This document shows positions 37,900 to 48,514 of a DNA stretch of 64,000 bases, piece by piece. The stretch is from Phycisphaerales bacterium (GTDB taxonomy: Bacteria > Planctomycetota > Phycisphaerae > WQYP01): positions 7,950 to 71,949 of the forward strand of contig DAHXLH010000029.1 in the NCBI GenBank assembly GCA_027366115.1, in the 5' to 3' direction. Position 1 is the first letter of the stretch; each line of letters starts with the position of its first letter. Position numbers and translations under genes: made by a program. The notes beneath the pieces are model-generated. The model saw nothing but the letters and a program-made list of their open reading frames with translations. It searched no databases and was not told where the DNA came from.

Positions 37900-39426
37900 C
37901 TATAGGCATTCATACCTCGGAATATCATGCGATCCATCGCCTCCATGCTTTGGAAATAACAACACAATCGTAAACCACTCGCCGACGGAGGATTCAACGA
38001 TCACCCTGCCGCCGATTTGCCGCATGATATTCTGCACAATGGATAATCCCAATCCGCTGTGCCGCCCCTGATCCGTGCGGGAATCATCACCGCGCCAAAA
38101 CCGTTCAAATATCTGCCGCGACTGCCGCACGGAAATCGCGCTGCCGGTGTTAGCCACCGTTAATATTACTGCATCAGAGTCACTTTTCAGCCCCACGCGA
38201 ATCGTGCCCCCGTCATTGACATAACTGACCGCATTGTCCAGCACATTGCGGAGCACCAGCAGCAGTAACTCCGGCGGAGCTGAAACCACCTCCGGAGAAA
38301 TACCACTACTATCTAACGTCACGGCACGCGAATTAATTCGCGCTGTACAGCTCTGCAACTGCTGCTGAGTTATTTGATCCAGCCGACAATTTGCCGACAC
38401 CTGCGCCCAAGCCCCCGCTTCCAGCCGGGCCAGGGTCAGCAGGTTTTCCACCATCTCCTGCATCTGAATGCTGATATCCAGCGACTGCCGCAAGGTTCGC
38501 TGATACTCTTCGCTGCTGCGCAAGCGGGTTAAAGCCAGTTCTGCACCGGTGCGCAGGGCCGCCAGGGGCGTGCGCAGCTCATGGGCCATATCAGCCGTGA
38601 GCGCCTTTTCACGGATCACCGCCGCTTCCACACGCTCCAGCAACTTATTTAGACGATCCACAATGGGAATCAGTTCGCGCGGAATATTTTCCGAGCTGAT
38701 GCGATCTTTCAGGTGCGCGGCACCAACGCCCGCAATCTGCTGGGCAATCGTATTCACCGGACGCAATCCACGGTTTAAAAGCCACGCAATGAGAGCCGCC
38801 GAACACAACGTGGCCAGAGAACAGTAAACCGCCAGCGACCAGGCGATGCTGGAAAGTGCAGTGTCCAGTTCATCGGTGGGGCGGGCAACGGCGAGAATAT
38901 AATCTTGTCCAATATGTTCGGCCTGTGCGGTGTCGGCAGTTCGGTTGTTGCGGCTATCGCCCGTGTGGCCGGGGCCGTCATGGTGATGCCCCTGCTCCTG
39001 ATCATCACTATTTCCCTCGCGAAAGCGGATCACCAATTCTCTTCCGGCGTGATTATCCGGCAAGGTAATAGATGCCAACCGCCCCGTATCCCCGGGTGAC
39101 GTCAGGAATTTTAAATCACGTCTGCCCAGGGAGGCCGGATGGAGCACCGATTTTCCCCGCAGGCTCCAAATCTGAAAATAGCGGGGGGTACCCTGGACGC
39201 TACCGTCGGAGACGGGGGTAAAATCGGAAGTGACATGGAATCCGCGGTGTGGGTCCCAATCCAGCGTATCCACCAGCAACGTGGCGCGGGCCGCAAGGGA
39301 GGCGTTGAAATGGGATTCCAAGGAATGTTGCAGCGTTAGATACAAACTTACGCCCAGCACCGCCAGCATTAGCGCGATGGCCGCTCCGCACCAGAGCGTT
39401 AATTGTAATCGGATAGACCGCATCAA
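37900..39426 (-). CDS. Two-component sensor histidine kinase with His-rich periplasmic segment (metal-sensing CusS/CzcS-like)
   Basis: 508 aa. Two TM helices flank a periplasmic domain containing EGNSDDQEQGHHHDGPGHTGD, then HAMP, the HisKA H-box (HELRTPLAAL) and HATPase_c (DNAVSY, GLGLSIV). Its start overlaps the response-regulator stop by 4 nt. Confidence 0.88.
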   Translation of the reverse strand: MMRSIRLQLTLWCGAAIALMLAVLGVSLYLTLQHSLESHFNASLAARATLLVDTLDWDPHRGFHVTSDFTPVSDGSVQGTPRYFQIWSLRGKSVLHPASLGRRDLKFLTSPGDTGRLASITLPDNHAGRELVIRFREGNSDDQEQGHHHDGPGHTGDSRNNRTADTAQAEHIGQDYILAVARPTDELDTALSSIAWSLAVYCSLATLCSAALIAWLLNRGLRPVNTIAQQIAGVGAAHLKDRISSENIPRELIPIVDRLNKLLERVEAAVIREKALTADMAHELRTPLAALRTGAELALTRLRSSEEYQRTLRQSLDISIQMQEMVENLLTLARLEAGAWAQVSANCRLDQITQQQLQSCTARINSRAVTLDSSGISPEVVSAPPELLLLVLRNVLDNAVSYVNDGGTIRVGLKSDSDAVILTVANTGSAISVRQSRQIFERFWRGDDSRTDQGRHSGLGLSIVQNIMRQIGGRVIVESSVGEWFTIVLLFPKHGGDGSHDIPRYECL

Positions 39427-40097
39427 GCTCCCGGCCCAAGCATATAGCCCTGTCCGCGCCGCGTGTGAATCAGTCGTTGAAGCGAATCCGCGTCAATTTT
39501 TTTGCGCAGCAGGCTTACAAATACGTCTACGACATTACTTTCCGGCGGCGAATCATCGCAATGCACATGCTCCCAGATTTCACTGCGTGAGACAATTTCT
39601 CCCTGCCGCATGGCCAGATACTCCAATATGGCATATTCCCGGGCGCTTAATTCAATTTCCGTCCCGGCCCGAAAAACCCGCCGGGCGTTAAGGTCGATCG
39701 CCAAGGTTCCGATCGTTAGCCGCGATGAGGCAACTTTATAGCGCCGTCGCGTTAATGCTCGGACCCGGGCCAGCATTTCCTCCAGGGCAAACGGCTTGGT
39801 GAGATAATCATCCGCGCCCGCGTCCAGCCCTTTTACCCGGTCATCCACGGTATCGCGAGCTGTGAGAATCAATGCCGCAGGTCGGGCTTTCATGCGTTCC
39901 ATGGCCTTGAGCACCTGGAAGCCATCGACGCCCGGCATCATTAAATCCAAAATGACCACATCAATATGGCCGCTCTGCAAGTGCCATAATGCCAGCCGCC
40001 CGTCGCCGGCTTCATTGACCACGTAGTTCTGCTCGCGCAGAGCCTGTGCGATGGATTCCCGCAGCGTCTTAAAATCTTCAACCACCAATACCCGCAT
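39423..40097 (-). CDS. OmpR-family response regulator
   Basis: Receiver domain (MRVLVVEDF...DVVILDLMMPGVDG) plus winged-helix trans_reg_C (RLLRKKID...RGQGY). AGGTG SD precedes the ATG at 40097. The track's earlier start at 40115 adds a non-conserved MLAGAF. Confidence 0.9.
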   Translation of the reverse strand: MRVLVVEDFKTLRESIAQALREQNYVVNEAGDGRLALWHLQSGHIDVVILDLMMPGVDGFQVLKAMERMKARPAALILTARDTVDDRVKGLDAGADDYLTKPFALEEMLARVRALTRRRYKVASSRLTIGTLAIDLNARRVFRAGTEIELSAREYAILEYLAMRQGEIVSRSEIWEHVHCDDSPPESNVVDVFVSLLRKKIDADSLQRLIHTRRGQGYMLGPGA

Positions 40098-40237
40098 GAA
40101 CGCACCTGCCAACACTACCCGGGAAGCCTACGCCGGAAAAAGCCAGTATAAAGTATGGAATCGATCCAAGATAACAACTCTTCACGACGATGCCGACCAT
40201 CCGGCCCCACTAAACACCCCATGTTGATGCCCCTGAA

Positions 40238-40283
40238 ATAAAAAAACAGGCGGGGCCGGTCCATAGCGCCACGGACCGGCCCC
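40238..40283 (-). terminator. Rho-independent terminator (11-bp GC stem ggggccggtcc/ggaccggcccc followed on the minus strand by a T-run)
   Basis: Perfect inverted repeat at 40252-40262 and 40273-40283. Minus-strand RNA reads stem-loop then gccUGUUUUUUUAUUU. Downstream of the 40433..41038 gene and upstream of the RR/HK/efflux operon. Confidence 0.6.
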
Positions 40284-40432
40284 GCTTCGGGAGGGGAGGA
40301 TGCTTTGGCAATCGGCGGTATACTGTTGTCGCCGTGATTACCGCAGTGTCAGCCCCGATGGACCAACTTATGCCCTTCGCCCTCCGGCCGGCTGCCAGAA
40401 GCGTAAGCCGTTGAAATACCCGGCCGCCCGCG

Positions 40433-41038
40433 TTACCGGTACCCGTTCCCGGGAAGGCCTGCTTCGCCCTCGCTTACCGGCGTTCGTGGAAAGTTGCTTG
40501 AGAAATTGTCGATATTCCTGCCCCCTGTCGCGCCCCCCAGGGACTTTCCACTGAACACGCCGCAAGCCTTACAGAAAATGAATAGGAGAATAACTGCGGT
40601 AATAATGCTAAGCCACCTGACCGCGACCCCTATCTCGTAAAAGAGTTGCTCACCAATATCAGAAGCGCTGCCATTTCTCATCACCTGCTTAATCGTGCCC
40701 TGCGCGGGGGCGGACGACTGGTTCATGGTCGAGTTCAGGTAATCCACGTGTTTTTCCAGCCGCGTGCCGTCCAGGGCGATTTTAATTTCGTAAGGCATTT
40801 TGTTAATCACCACGTTGGCTTCATACGCGGCTTGATTGTCGCCGGGGGTTATATCAATTTGCTCCACTTGCCCACCTGCGGCTTCCTGCGTCGGCGTCTT
40901 GGCAACGGCTGTAGGCAATTGGGCCCTCGTAACTTCGGATGCCCCACCGTCCGTCGCATTAGCCCGCGCCGGCAGCGAACCAGTGGCCATTAAACTCAAG
41001 CCAACAATCCCGAAGATAAGAAACATTTTGCGATGCAT
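40433..41038 (-). CDS. Secreted small protein with C-terminal TM helix (hypothetical)
   Basis: Internal start MHRKMFLIFGIVGLSLMATGSLPARA (signal peptide, AGGAG SD). A C-terminal hydrophobic helix WLSIITAVILLFIF. The track ORF extends 31 codons upstream to 41131. Confidence 0.5.
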   Translation of the reverse strand: MHRKMFLIFGIVGLSLMATGSLPARANATDGGASEVTRAQLPTAVAKTPTQEAAGGQVEQIDITPGDNQAAYEANVVINKMPYEIKIALDGTRLEKHVDYLNSTMNQSSAPAQGTIKQVMRNGSASDIGEQLFYEIGVAVRWLSIITAVILLFIFCKACGVFSGKSLGGATGGRNIDNFSSNFPRTPVSEGEAGLPGNGYR

Positions 41039-41587
41039 AATGACGCTCCTGAAACGATCGCAGATCGAACCATTCATTCTGCATAGACTCAAAGTAACAT
41101 TCCTGCATGAAAGGAACGTGAAGCGCTGCATAACCCGATATTTTTTTCCGCGGATACACGCAACAACGCCTTGAGGCGGACCCCCAGCCGTCCCCGCCCT
41201 GATTTTGACGTTATGTAACGCGAATCATGCGGATCGGACATAATCCGGAGTTCCACGAGACTGCCCGGGTAGTCCCAATCCGGGCCATTACTCCGCCAGG
41301 CTCTTCGAATATTTTCCGCATTTTTTCTCAAGGCCCATAACCGGTATGCCGATAACGTGAGAGTTGCGGCGTTATTGTTGTTTTTAGCGTCACTGGTATA
41401 GGTTACTGCGCGCGGTGATTGTGGAATTTCATTTTTCACCCGTTTTTTGTAGAATCCGGTTGAACTTGCGAGCCGGTGCCTGCGTACTAGACCTATGGGT
41501 CATGGTGGCCTTAGAGCAAGATCGTGTAAATACAGAATAAAAGCAGCTTTTTGAACGGGAAATGGAATTTCCTGCTGTTAAGACGGA

Positions 41588-42478
41588 GTGCTAACCATGG
41601 ACCTGAACAACTTACCCCCGGTATTATTTCCCGATTTTCCCCCCAAGCTATCCCGGCGACGCTTGCTGGCTGGTGTGGTCGGCACGGCCGCCGCCGCAAC
41701 ATTAGCTGGTTGTGCTGCCACGCCGCCGAAATCCAGTAGCAGCATCAGTTACCTGCCCAGCGGCGTCCTGCCACCAGATGCGAATATGGTCCCCGGCCGC
41801 ATGGATACGGGATATGCTCCGCCTGCTAATTTTAAGCCAACCGTGGTTTATCATCCGCCGGTGCCGGCCCATAAAATTGTGCCAGTGGGCGCGTTTGGCA
41901 TTATCCCGCGTAGCGCCTGGACCACCGCGGGACCCAATATGCGAACCATTCAGCCGATGGCCGGCGTGCATCTGATTACCTTTCATCACACCGGGGATCC
42001 GCACCCGATTTTTTTTGACTCGTTAGAACAGACCGCCCAGTACTGGGAACTCATACGCGAGTACGAGCGCCGTGTCGGATTTGAAGATATTGCCTACCAT
42101 TTTGGCATCGACCGGATGGGGCGGGTGTGGCAGTTGCGTGATTTGCAATATCGTGGCGAACATGTCCGCGACGGTTTTGCGCCGCCCCATTGGCTCATGG
42201 AGTATGTACAATATCGCAATTCCCCCACGCGACCGGTGCACGGGCGGTATATCTGGAATGCGCATAACATCGGCGTAGCCTCCATCGGTAATTTCATGCT
42301 GCAGGAACCCACGGTGCAACAACGTCAGACCATTCTGCGTTTTGGTGCCCTGTTGCGCCGGCTTTACAGCATTCCCATTTATCATTGCTATACCCACCGA
42401 GAACTGGTCGCCACGGAGTGTCCCGGTCATCATTTGCAGCCTTATATGGTTTACATCCGGAAAAATAATATTCTGTGA
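41588..42478 (+). CDS. N-acetylmuramoyl-L-alanine amidase (amidase_2/PGRP domain, AmiD-like) with Tat signal and lipobox
   Basis: 296 aa. SRRRLLAGVVGTAAAATLAGCAA (twin-arginine plus lipobox). Amidase_2 zinc-ligand context ITFHHTGD ... IAYHFGIDRMGRVWQLRD ... CPGHHL. Confidence 0.82.
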   Translation: MLTMDLNNLPPVLFPDFPPKLSRRRLLAGVVGTAAAATLAGCAATPPKSSSSISYLPSGVLPPDANMVPGRMDTGYAPPANFKPTVVYHPPVPAHKIVPVGAFGIIPRSAWTTAGPNMRTIQPMAGVHLITFHHTGDPHPIFFDSLEQTAQYWELIREYERRVGFEDIAYHFGIDRMGRVWQLRDLQYRGEHVRDGFAPPHWLMEYVQYRNSPTRPVHGRYIWNAHNIGVASIGNFMLQEPTVQQRQTILRFGALLRRLYSIPIYHCYTHRELVATECPGHHLQPYMVYIRKNNIL

Positions 42479-42577
42479 TGCAATTTCGGCTGGTCGGCCG
42501 GCCAGCAAACCAAGCTGCGGCCGTTATCCGCGACTTTTTGTAGAGTTCCTGCGCGACTTCGTATACACTTCCTACCC

Positions 42578-43480
42578 ATGCAGGAACCGCAATTTCAATG
42601 TGCTACTATCCTCGGCGTAGGTTTGCTGGGCGCTTCATTGGGCTTGGCGATTAAACGCCATGGGTTGGCCGCTCGCGTGTATGGGGTGGGTAGAGTCGGG
42701 TCGCCGTCCAATCAAAAAGCTTTGGAAATGGGTGCCATCGATCAGGCGTTTACCGATCCGGAAGCGGCGGTACCCGAAAGCGATCTGGTTATTCTGGCGT
42801 CCAATGTGGGACAGTTTCCGGCTCTGCTGGCGGCCATAGCGCCGGTGTTAAAACCCGGGACCTTAGTGACGGATGTCGGCTCAACCAAGCAACAGGTGAT
42901 GAAGTGGGCTGGGAAATTACTGCCCGGCGCGGTTGATTTCATTGGTTCTCACCCCATGACAGGTTCCGAAAAGCGCGGCCCGGAAAATGCCCGTGCGGAT
43001 TTATATCGCGATGCCCTCTGTCTGATCTGCCCGCCGAAACTGCGCGGTCGCGGCGCGTTTACCGGCAGCCGGGTGTCCGCAGCCACGAAAAAAATTGAGC
43101 AGTTCTGGCAGGCCATGGCAATGCGGACGCACCAATTGGATGCCCAGCAGCATGATCAATGGGTGGCCCTGATCAGTCACATTCCCCACGCCGCGGCATG
43201 TATGGCCGCACTGGTGGCCGGGCGCAATGAGGATGCGGGTTTGGCCATTGCCGGCGGGTTTGTAGATACCACGCGCGTGGCGTCCGGTGATCCGGCCATG
43301 TGGACTGATATATTTTTGACCAATCGTGTGGAAGTCAATAGAAATTTAAATGTGGCTATACAATCGCTGCGGAAACTTCAATTGGCTATTCGCCGCGAGG
43401 ATCAGCAGGCGGTTCTGGAATTTCTGCAACTGGCAAAACAACGGCATGAATCGCTGCTTTCCCGCCGTGACCAGCGATGA
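42578..43480 (+). CDS. tyrA: Prephenate/arogenate dehydrogenase
   Basis: 300 aa. Rossmann motif ILGVGLLGASLG, a conserved His/Ser catalytic region (GSHPMTG) and a TyrA-like C-terminal domain. Confidence 0.82.
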   Translation: MQEPQFQCATILGVGLLGASLGLAIKRHGLAARVYGVGRVGSPSNQKALEMGAIDQAFTDPEAAVPESDLVILASNVGQFPALLAAIAPVLKPGTLVTDVGSTKQQVMKWAGKLLPGAVDFIGSHPMTGSEKRGPENARADLYRDALCLICPPKLRGRGAFTGSRVSAATKKIEQFWQAMAMRTHQLDAQQHDQWVALISHIPHAAACMAALVAGRNEDAGLAIAGGFVDTTRVASGDPAMWTDIFLTNRVEVNRNLNVAIQSLRKLQLAIRREDQQAVLEFLQLAKQRHESLLSRRDQR

Positions 43481-43481
43481 A

Positions 43482-43892
43482 TTACATCGCCTTTGCCAGG
43501 AGTTCCTCAGGGCTTTTAGAGCAGTTGGTCTCGTCGGTAAACAGGCCGGGCACAAAATGATATTCCGGGTTAGCCTTGGGATGAAATACCAGCAGATGCA
43601 GCCGCCCCAGGCCGGTATTATATAGGCAATGCGGCTTGCCCGGCGGCACGACCACGGTAGTTCCGGCCGCTACGCTCCGTGGGTCCTGGCCAATAAAAAC
43701 AATGCCCTCACCTTCTAAAAATACGAGGATTTCCTCACAGTCATGGTAATGCGGGGGAACATGGCCACGGGGATCATACGTCTCTTCCAGCACCAGAGCA
43801 TTGCGCGTTCCGCTTTCCGGACACGCCAGAACTTCAATTACGCCGTTTCGCACGACTTCGCGCACCAGTTCCATTTGTGAAACAGTATCCAT
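43482..43892 (-). CDS. Cupin-domain protein
   Basis: 136 aa. Cupin motifs G(X)5HxH-like (PHYHDCEEILVFLEGEG) and G(X)5PxG-like (PPGKPHCLYNTG). Confidence 0.65.
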   Translation of the reverse strand: MDTVSQMELVREVVRNGVIEVLACPESGTRNALVLEETYDPRGHVPPHYHDCEEILVFLEGEGIVFIGQDPRSVAAGTTVVVPPGKPHCLYNTGLGRLHLLVFHPKANPEYHFVPGLFTDETNCSKSPEELLAKAM

Positions 43893-44370
43893 TGTACATC
43901 TCCTGATGAATCAACTATCGGCCAATTTTCAAAGCGTACTGGCTCCGGAAACATTTTGCGGCCCACTGAACAGGGACTGAATCGGCGTCCGGACAGTTCA
44001 ATGATCCACCATAATTTTCGGCTCAATGCGGACTAAAGTTGAGCGAATCGCCAATGCACGCGCGATTTATATGCTTCTGTTTTTACGGGGCCTTTTTATG
44101 GGATGCAGTTTCCCCTCTGGCAAATCCTACCGCCAGCAGTTATCTGCCCCGTCGTCCCGCCAGTTTGTTTTAGCGGGCAATTCGAATTGTGCGCACAGAT
44201 AGGCCGCTGCCATTGAAAAAAGCTTTAGAATTTTTATTTTTTGTGCGCTTCCCGTGGGCCACGCGGCTGGTTATTATTGTCCCCCGTCCTGGCGCGATGG
44301 CGCGCGTGGAAATACCGTCTGCACACGTTTAGGCGGTGGAAGGTTGTACGCAAAAATTACGGAGGACACG

Positions 44371-45693
44371 ATGTCTGATTCACAAGCACCTCTGCCGGAT
44401 TTAAGGCAAGCCGGAGGCTTTCACTGGCGCGGTTACCGCTGGGCGATCTGCGTGGGGCTTTTTCTAATTACCACGATCAACTATATGGATCGGTTCATGA
44501 TTTCGCTTATGGAGCCGAATCTGATCCATAATCTGCACTTCACGCAGGTGGATTACGGCAACATCATGGCGGTCTTCAGCGCAACCTACGCCATCGGTTA
44601 CGCTTTGTGCGGCTGGTTCATGGACGCGGCGGGGGTTTGGCTGGGCTTCGCGCTGACGGTGGTTATCTTCAGCGGCGCGGAAATGGGCATGGCCTTTGCC
44701 ACAACTGTCGCGGGCTACATGGTGATACAAGGAATCATGGGTGTAGCGCAGGGCGCCAATTTTCCCGGCGCAATCAAGGCTGTGGGCCAATGGTTTCCCA
44801 AAAAGGAGCGGGCGCTGACCACCGGTATTTTTAATGCCGGCACGAGTCTGGGCGTGGTAGCGGCTCCTATTATTGTGGGACTGACCGCCAAAACATTTGG
44901 ATGGCGCGCGGGTTTTATCACGGCGGGGCTGGTGGGTATTGTGTGGGTCGTCTGGTGGCTTTTGCGGTACAAGGAACCGGATAGGAATCCGAAATTATCC
45001 GCTGAAGAACTGGCGTATATCCGAAGTGATCCTCCGGAACGGCAGCACCGCATCCGTTGGAGCACGCTGCTGGGATATAAACAGTCTTGGGCGTTTATCA
45101 TCGCCACCACATTAACCAGCCCGGTGTGGTGGTTCTGGCTTTTCTGGATTCCCGATTTTTTTAATACCAAACATCATCTGAATATCAAAAACATGATTTT
45201 GCCCATGATCCTCATATACGGCATGGCGGATTTGGGCAGCATCGGCGGCGGCTGGTTGTCGAGCTGGTTTTTGGCACAAGGCTGGTCGCTGAACAAGGCT
45301 CGCAAGACCGCCATGCTCATTTGTGCCTTGCTGGTGGTGCCCGTATTTGCCGCGGCATCGGTGGGTAACTATCTCGTGGCGTCGCTGCTGATTGGGCTGG
45401 CCTGCGCGGGTCACCAAGGCTTTTCCGCCAACTTGTTTACCATGGCCTCGGACACCATGCCGGGGAAAGTAGTTGGATCACTGGTCGGCCTCGGTGGCTT
45501 TGTGGCCTCCGGCATCAGTATGTTTGTCTCCGCCGGTGTAGGTTGGTTTCTGCACTCCACCCACGATAACTACATCATGTTGTTTGCGATCGCCAGTTCG
45601 GCGTACCTTGTGGCATTACTGCTAATTCAGCTCATTAACCCGCGATGGGAATCTGCCCATGAAGTCGCCGATAACATCGTCGCATCGGCGTGA
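44371..45693 (+). CDS. MFS transporter (anion:cation symporter/hexuronate-transporter-like)
   Basis: Start chosen at the ATG with GGAGG SD at 44361. The track ORF begins at 44254. 12 TM helices. N-terminal WRGYRWAICVGLFLITTINYMDR is typical of the ACS/ExuT-type MFS. Confidence 0.82.
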   Translation: MSDSQAPLPDLRQAGGFHWRGYRWAICVGLFLITTINYMDRFMISLMEPNLIHNLHFTQVDYGNIMAVFSATYAIGYALCGWFMDAAGVWLGFALTVVIFSGAEMGMAFATTVAGYMVIQGIMGVAQGANFPGAIKAVGQWFPKKERALTTGIFNAGTSLGVVAAPIIVGLTAKTFGWRAGFITAGLVGIVWVVWWLLRYKEPDRNPKLSAEELAYIRSDPPERQHRIRWSTLLGYKQSWAFIIATTLTSPVWWFWLFWIPDFFNTKHHLNIKNMILPMILIYGMADLGSIGGGWLSSWFLAQGWSLNKARKTAMLICALLVVPVFAAASVGNYLVASLLIGLACAGHQGFSANLFTMASDTMPGKVVGSLVGLGGFVASGISMFVSAGVGWFLHSTHDNYIMLFAIASSAYLVALLLIQLINPRWESAHEVADNIVASA

Positions 45694-45797
45694 GGTGGCG
45701 GGCGATATTTGCCGATAACCATTTGCACGCAACGCTGGAATGGTTTACAACACTAGCTTTATAGTTATTTATGTGTAAATCAAAACGGAGTTGAAAA

Positions 45798-46733
45798 ATG
45801 AAACGTGCAAAAATCAGCATCATCGGAGCAGGGAATGTGGGAGCCACCGCGGCGCATTGGGCGGCCGCGAAAGAACTGGGCGACGTGGTGCTGGTGGATG
45901 TGCCGCAAATTGACGGCGTGCCGCAGGGCAAGTCGCTGGATTTGTCACAGGCCGCCCCCATTGAAGGCTATGATGCCCGCCTCACCGGCGCAACAAGTTA
46001 TGAAGCCACTGCCAACAGCGACGTGGTCATCATCACCGCCGGTCTGGCCCGCAAGCCGGGTATGAGCCGCGATGACCTGCTGATTAAAAATACGGAAATT
46101 GTAAAATCCGTGACGCAGCAAGTCGTAAAATATTCGCCCAAAAGCATTCTGCTGGTGGTATCGAATCCGTTGGATGCCATGGTGTATGTCGCGTATAAAG
46201 CCAGCGGTTTTGAACCGCAGCGAGTCATTGGCATGGCCGGCGTCCTGGACACCGCCCGTTATCGTTGCTTTATCGCCGCGGAACTCGATGTCAGCGTGGA
46301 AGATATTCAGGCGCTGCTGTTAGGCGGCCACGGAGATGACATGGTGCCGCTGCCGCGCTATACCAGCGTCGCGGGCATTCCCTTGCCTGAACTGCTTTCC
46401 GAGGAAAAAATTCAGGCCATAGTAAAGCGTACGCGCTCCGGCGGCGCGGAAATTGTCAATCTTCTGAAAACCGGCTCCGCTTATTACGCCCCATCCGCCG
46501 CCGTGGTGCAGATGGCCGAGTCCATCATTAAAGATAAAAAACGGGTGCTACCGTGTGCGGCCTATTGTGATAAGCAGTACGGCGTGGGCGGCTATTTTGT
46601 CGGTGTCCCCGTGAAGCTTGGCAGCCAGGGTGTTGAACAGATTATCGAAGTGCCGCTGACCACCGATGAGAAAAAACTTATGGATGCCTCTGTGGATCAT
46701 GTGCGGCAACTTGTGGCGACAATCCAGATATGA
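45798..46733 (+). CDS. mdh: Malate dehydrogenase (LDH-like MDH type)
   Basis: 311 aa. Motif [11 protein letters not shown], an Arg residue consistent with MDH substrate specificity in the loop and the catalytic His context. Typical LDH-like MDH length. Confidence 0.9.
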   Translation: MKRAKISIIGAGNVGATAAHWAAAKELGDVVLVDVPQIDGVPQGKSLDLSQAAPIEGYDARLTGATSYEATANSDVVIITAGLARKPGMSRDDLLIKNTEIVKSVTQQVVKYSPKSILLVVSNPLDAMVYVAYKASGFEPQRVIGMAGVLDTARYRCFIAAELDVSVEDIQALLLGGHGDDMVPLPRYTSVAGIPLPELLSEEKIQAIVKRTRSGGAEIVNLLKTGSAYYAPSAAVVQMAESIIKDKKRVLPCAAYCDKQYGVGGYFVGVPVKLGSQGVEQIIEVPLTTDEKKLMDASVDHVRQLVATIQI

Positions 46734-46765
46734 TTACCGCTGCGGCGGCCTGATGGAATTACACC

Positions 46766-48334
46766 ATGATGCAATTGCAGAACCCGGTATTGCGGGGTTT
46801 TAACCCGGATCCCAGTTTTTTGCGGGTGGGCGAAGACTATTATCTCGCCACCAGCACGTTTGAATGGTTCCCCGGGGTGGCGCTTTATCATTCCCGTGAT
46901 CTGGTAAACTGGCGGATGCTGGGCCACGGTTTAACACGCAAAAGTCAGCTGGATATGACCGGCATCCCGGACTCCGGCGGAATCTGGGCGCCGGCGCTAA
47001 GCATGCACGACGGGGTATACTATCTTGTATACACCATTGTGCGGAATCGGGTGGGGGTATTTAGAGATGTCCATAATTATCTGGTCACCGCACCGGAAAT
47101 TACCGGCCCATGGTCCGAACCGATTTTTCTGAATTCCAGCGGTTTTGATCCTTCGCTATTTCATGATGATGACGGCCGCAAGTGGGTGGTCAATGTGCAA
47201 TGGAACCACCGGCCGGACCGTTCGCGATTTGCCGGTATTGTTCTGCAGGAATATTCCCCAACCGAACAGCGTCTCATCGGCCCGATTGTCAACATCTTTC
47301 GCAAGGTACCTCTGATTGAGGGACCCAATATTTATAAGGCCAACGGTTTCTATTACCTCATGCTTGCCGAGGGTGGCACCGATTGGAACCACGGCATTTC
47401 CATGGCACGGTCGCGATCGATCGCAGGTCCCTATGAGCTTGACCCGCAACCCCTGGTACTTACAAGCCGAAAAAGTCCCGGAGTCGCTTTGCAAAAAGCC
47501 GGGCATGGCGAACTGGTGCAGACGCAGGCAGGACGCTGGTATCTGGCTCATTTGTGCAGCCGCCCCTTATACCCGTATCGGCGATGCCCTTTGGGCCGGG
47601 AAACGGCTATTCAAGAAGTGATCTGGTCAGTCGACTATTGGCTACGCTTAAAATCCGGTGGAACCGATCCGCAGAATCAGTGCGATGTGCCTGATGAAAT
47701 AAATCCCCATCCCTGGCCCACGGAACCGGATCACGATGATTTTGATTCCCCGGACCTAAGCCCGCGTTGGCAATCACTGCGCGAGCCGACGGCACCGGAT
47801 TGGATAAGCACCACCGAGCGCCCCGGATTTCTTCGTATGCGCGGCCGCGAATCCCCGCATAGCCTGTTTCAACAAAGTGTGCTGGCACAGCGGGTGCAAA
47901 GTTTCCACGTGACAGCGCAATGTGTGCTGGAATTTGAACCGGAGCATTATTCCCAGTGTGCGGGGCTGATCATTTATTACGATACCCGCCATCACTATTA
48001 TTTGCGGGTAACACATGATGAAAAATTGGGAAAAGTTGTCGGCATCGTGCAGACGGATGCGGGCGTATATCGTGAATATACCGAATGCCAAATCGCGATT
48101 TCCGATTGGTCGAGAGTATTTCTAAAGGCGATCATTCGTGATGAGATCCTTATATTCCATGCCTCCGGGGAGGGCCGGATATGGCACGCTTTCCCCCTAA
48201 TCTGCGAATTTGACAAACTTTCCGCAGATTATGCCGGCGGCTTTACCGGCGCCTTCGCCGGCATGTGCGTTCAAGACCTGCGTGGCACGCGTATCAACGC
48301 GGACTTCGATTCTTTTCAAATGCAGAACCACTAA
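46766..48334 (+). CDS. Glycoside hydrolase family 43 (beta-xylosidase/alpha-L-arabinofuranosidase-like) with C-terminal beta-sandwich domain
   Basis: 522 aa. GH43 five-bladed propeller signature GFNPDPSFLRVGEDYYLATSTFEWFPGV...SRDLVNW and the catalytic Asp/Glu context. C-terminal ~200 aa concanavalin-like domain. Confidence 0.85.
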   Translation: MMQLQNPVLRGFNPDPSFLRVGEDYYLATSTFEWFPGVALYHSRDLVNWRMLGHGLTRKSQLDMTGIPDSGGIWAPALSMHDGVYYLVYTIVRNRVGVFRDVHNYLVTAPEITGPWSEPIFLNSSGFDPSLFHDDDGRKWVVNVQWNHRPDRSRFAGIVLQEYSPTEQRLIGPIVNIFRKVPLIEGPNIYKANGFYYLMLAEGGTDWNHGISMARSRSIAGPYELDPQPLVLTSRKSPGVALQKAGHGELVQTQAGRWYLAHLCSRPLYPYRRCPLGRETAIQEVIWSVDYWLRLKSGGTDPQNQCDVPDEINPHPWPTEPDHDDFDSPDLSPRWQSLREPTAPDWISTTERPGFLRMRGRESPHSLFQQSVLAQRVQSFHVTAQCVLEFEPEHYSQCAGLIIYYDTRHHYYLRVTHDEKLGKVVGIVQTDAGVYREYTECQIAISDWSRVFLKAIIRDEILIFHASGEGRIWHAFPLICEFDKLSADYAGGFTGAFAGMCVQDLRGTRINADFDSFQMQNH

Positions 48335-48514
48335 GTATGTTCTGTGCCCGAGGATGCCTTAGGTCGTTAAGGTGTCGGGTACGAAGGTGCTTCCTGAAGC
48401 GTTCGGGCTCCTGCCGCGCAAGGGCGAAGGTTTTGCCGACAAGCCGCATGTTTTCAGACGTAAAATCCGCTGTAACCGGCCCGATGCAGTCGATTATTGG
48501 ATGTGCAAAATGAA

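Noticed and set aside
36387-37997. N-terminal 60-codon extension of the OMF ORF overlapping the histidine kinase gene by ~100 nt
   Set aside because: The internal start at 37817 gives a lipoprotein signal with lipobox LLAGC and removes the overlap. The extension is not conserved-looking.
7047-44370. Search of the long intergenic gaps (7047..7542, 14992..15713, 41132..41587, 43893..44370) for tmRNA, SRP RNA, RNase P RNA or 6S RNA signatures
   Set aside because: No match by eye to the conserved cores: the tmRNA tRNA-like T-arm, the SRP domain IV AGGAAGCAGC motif, or the RNase P AGGAAAGUCCGGGCUCC motif. This cannot be excluded without covariance-model searches.
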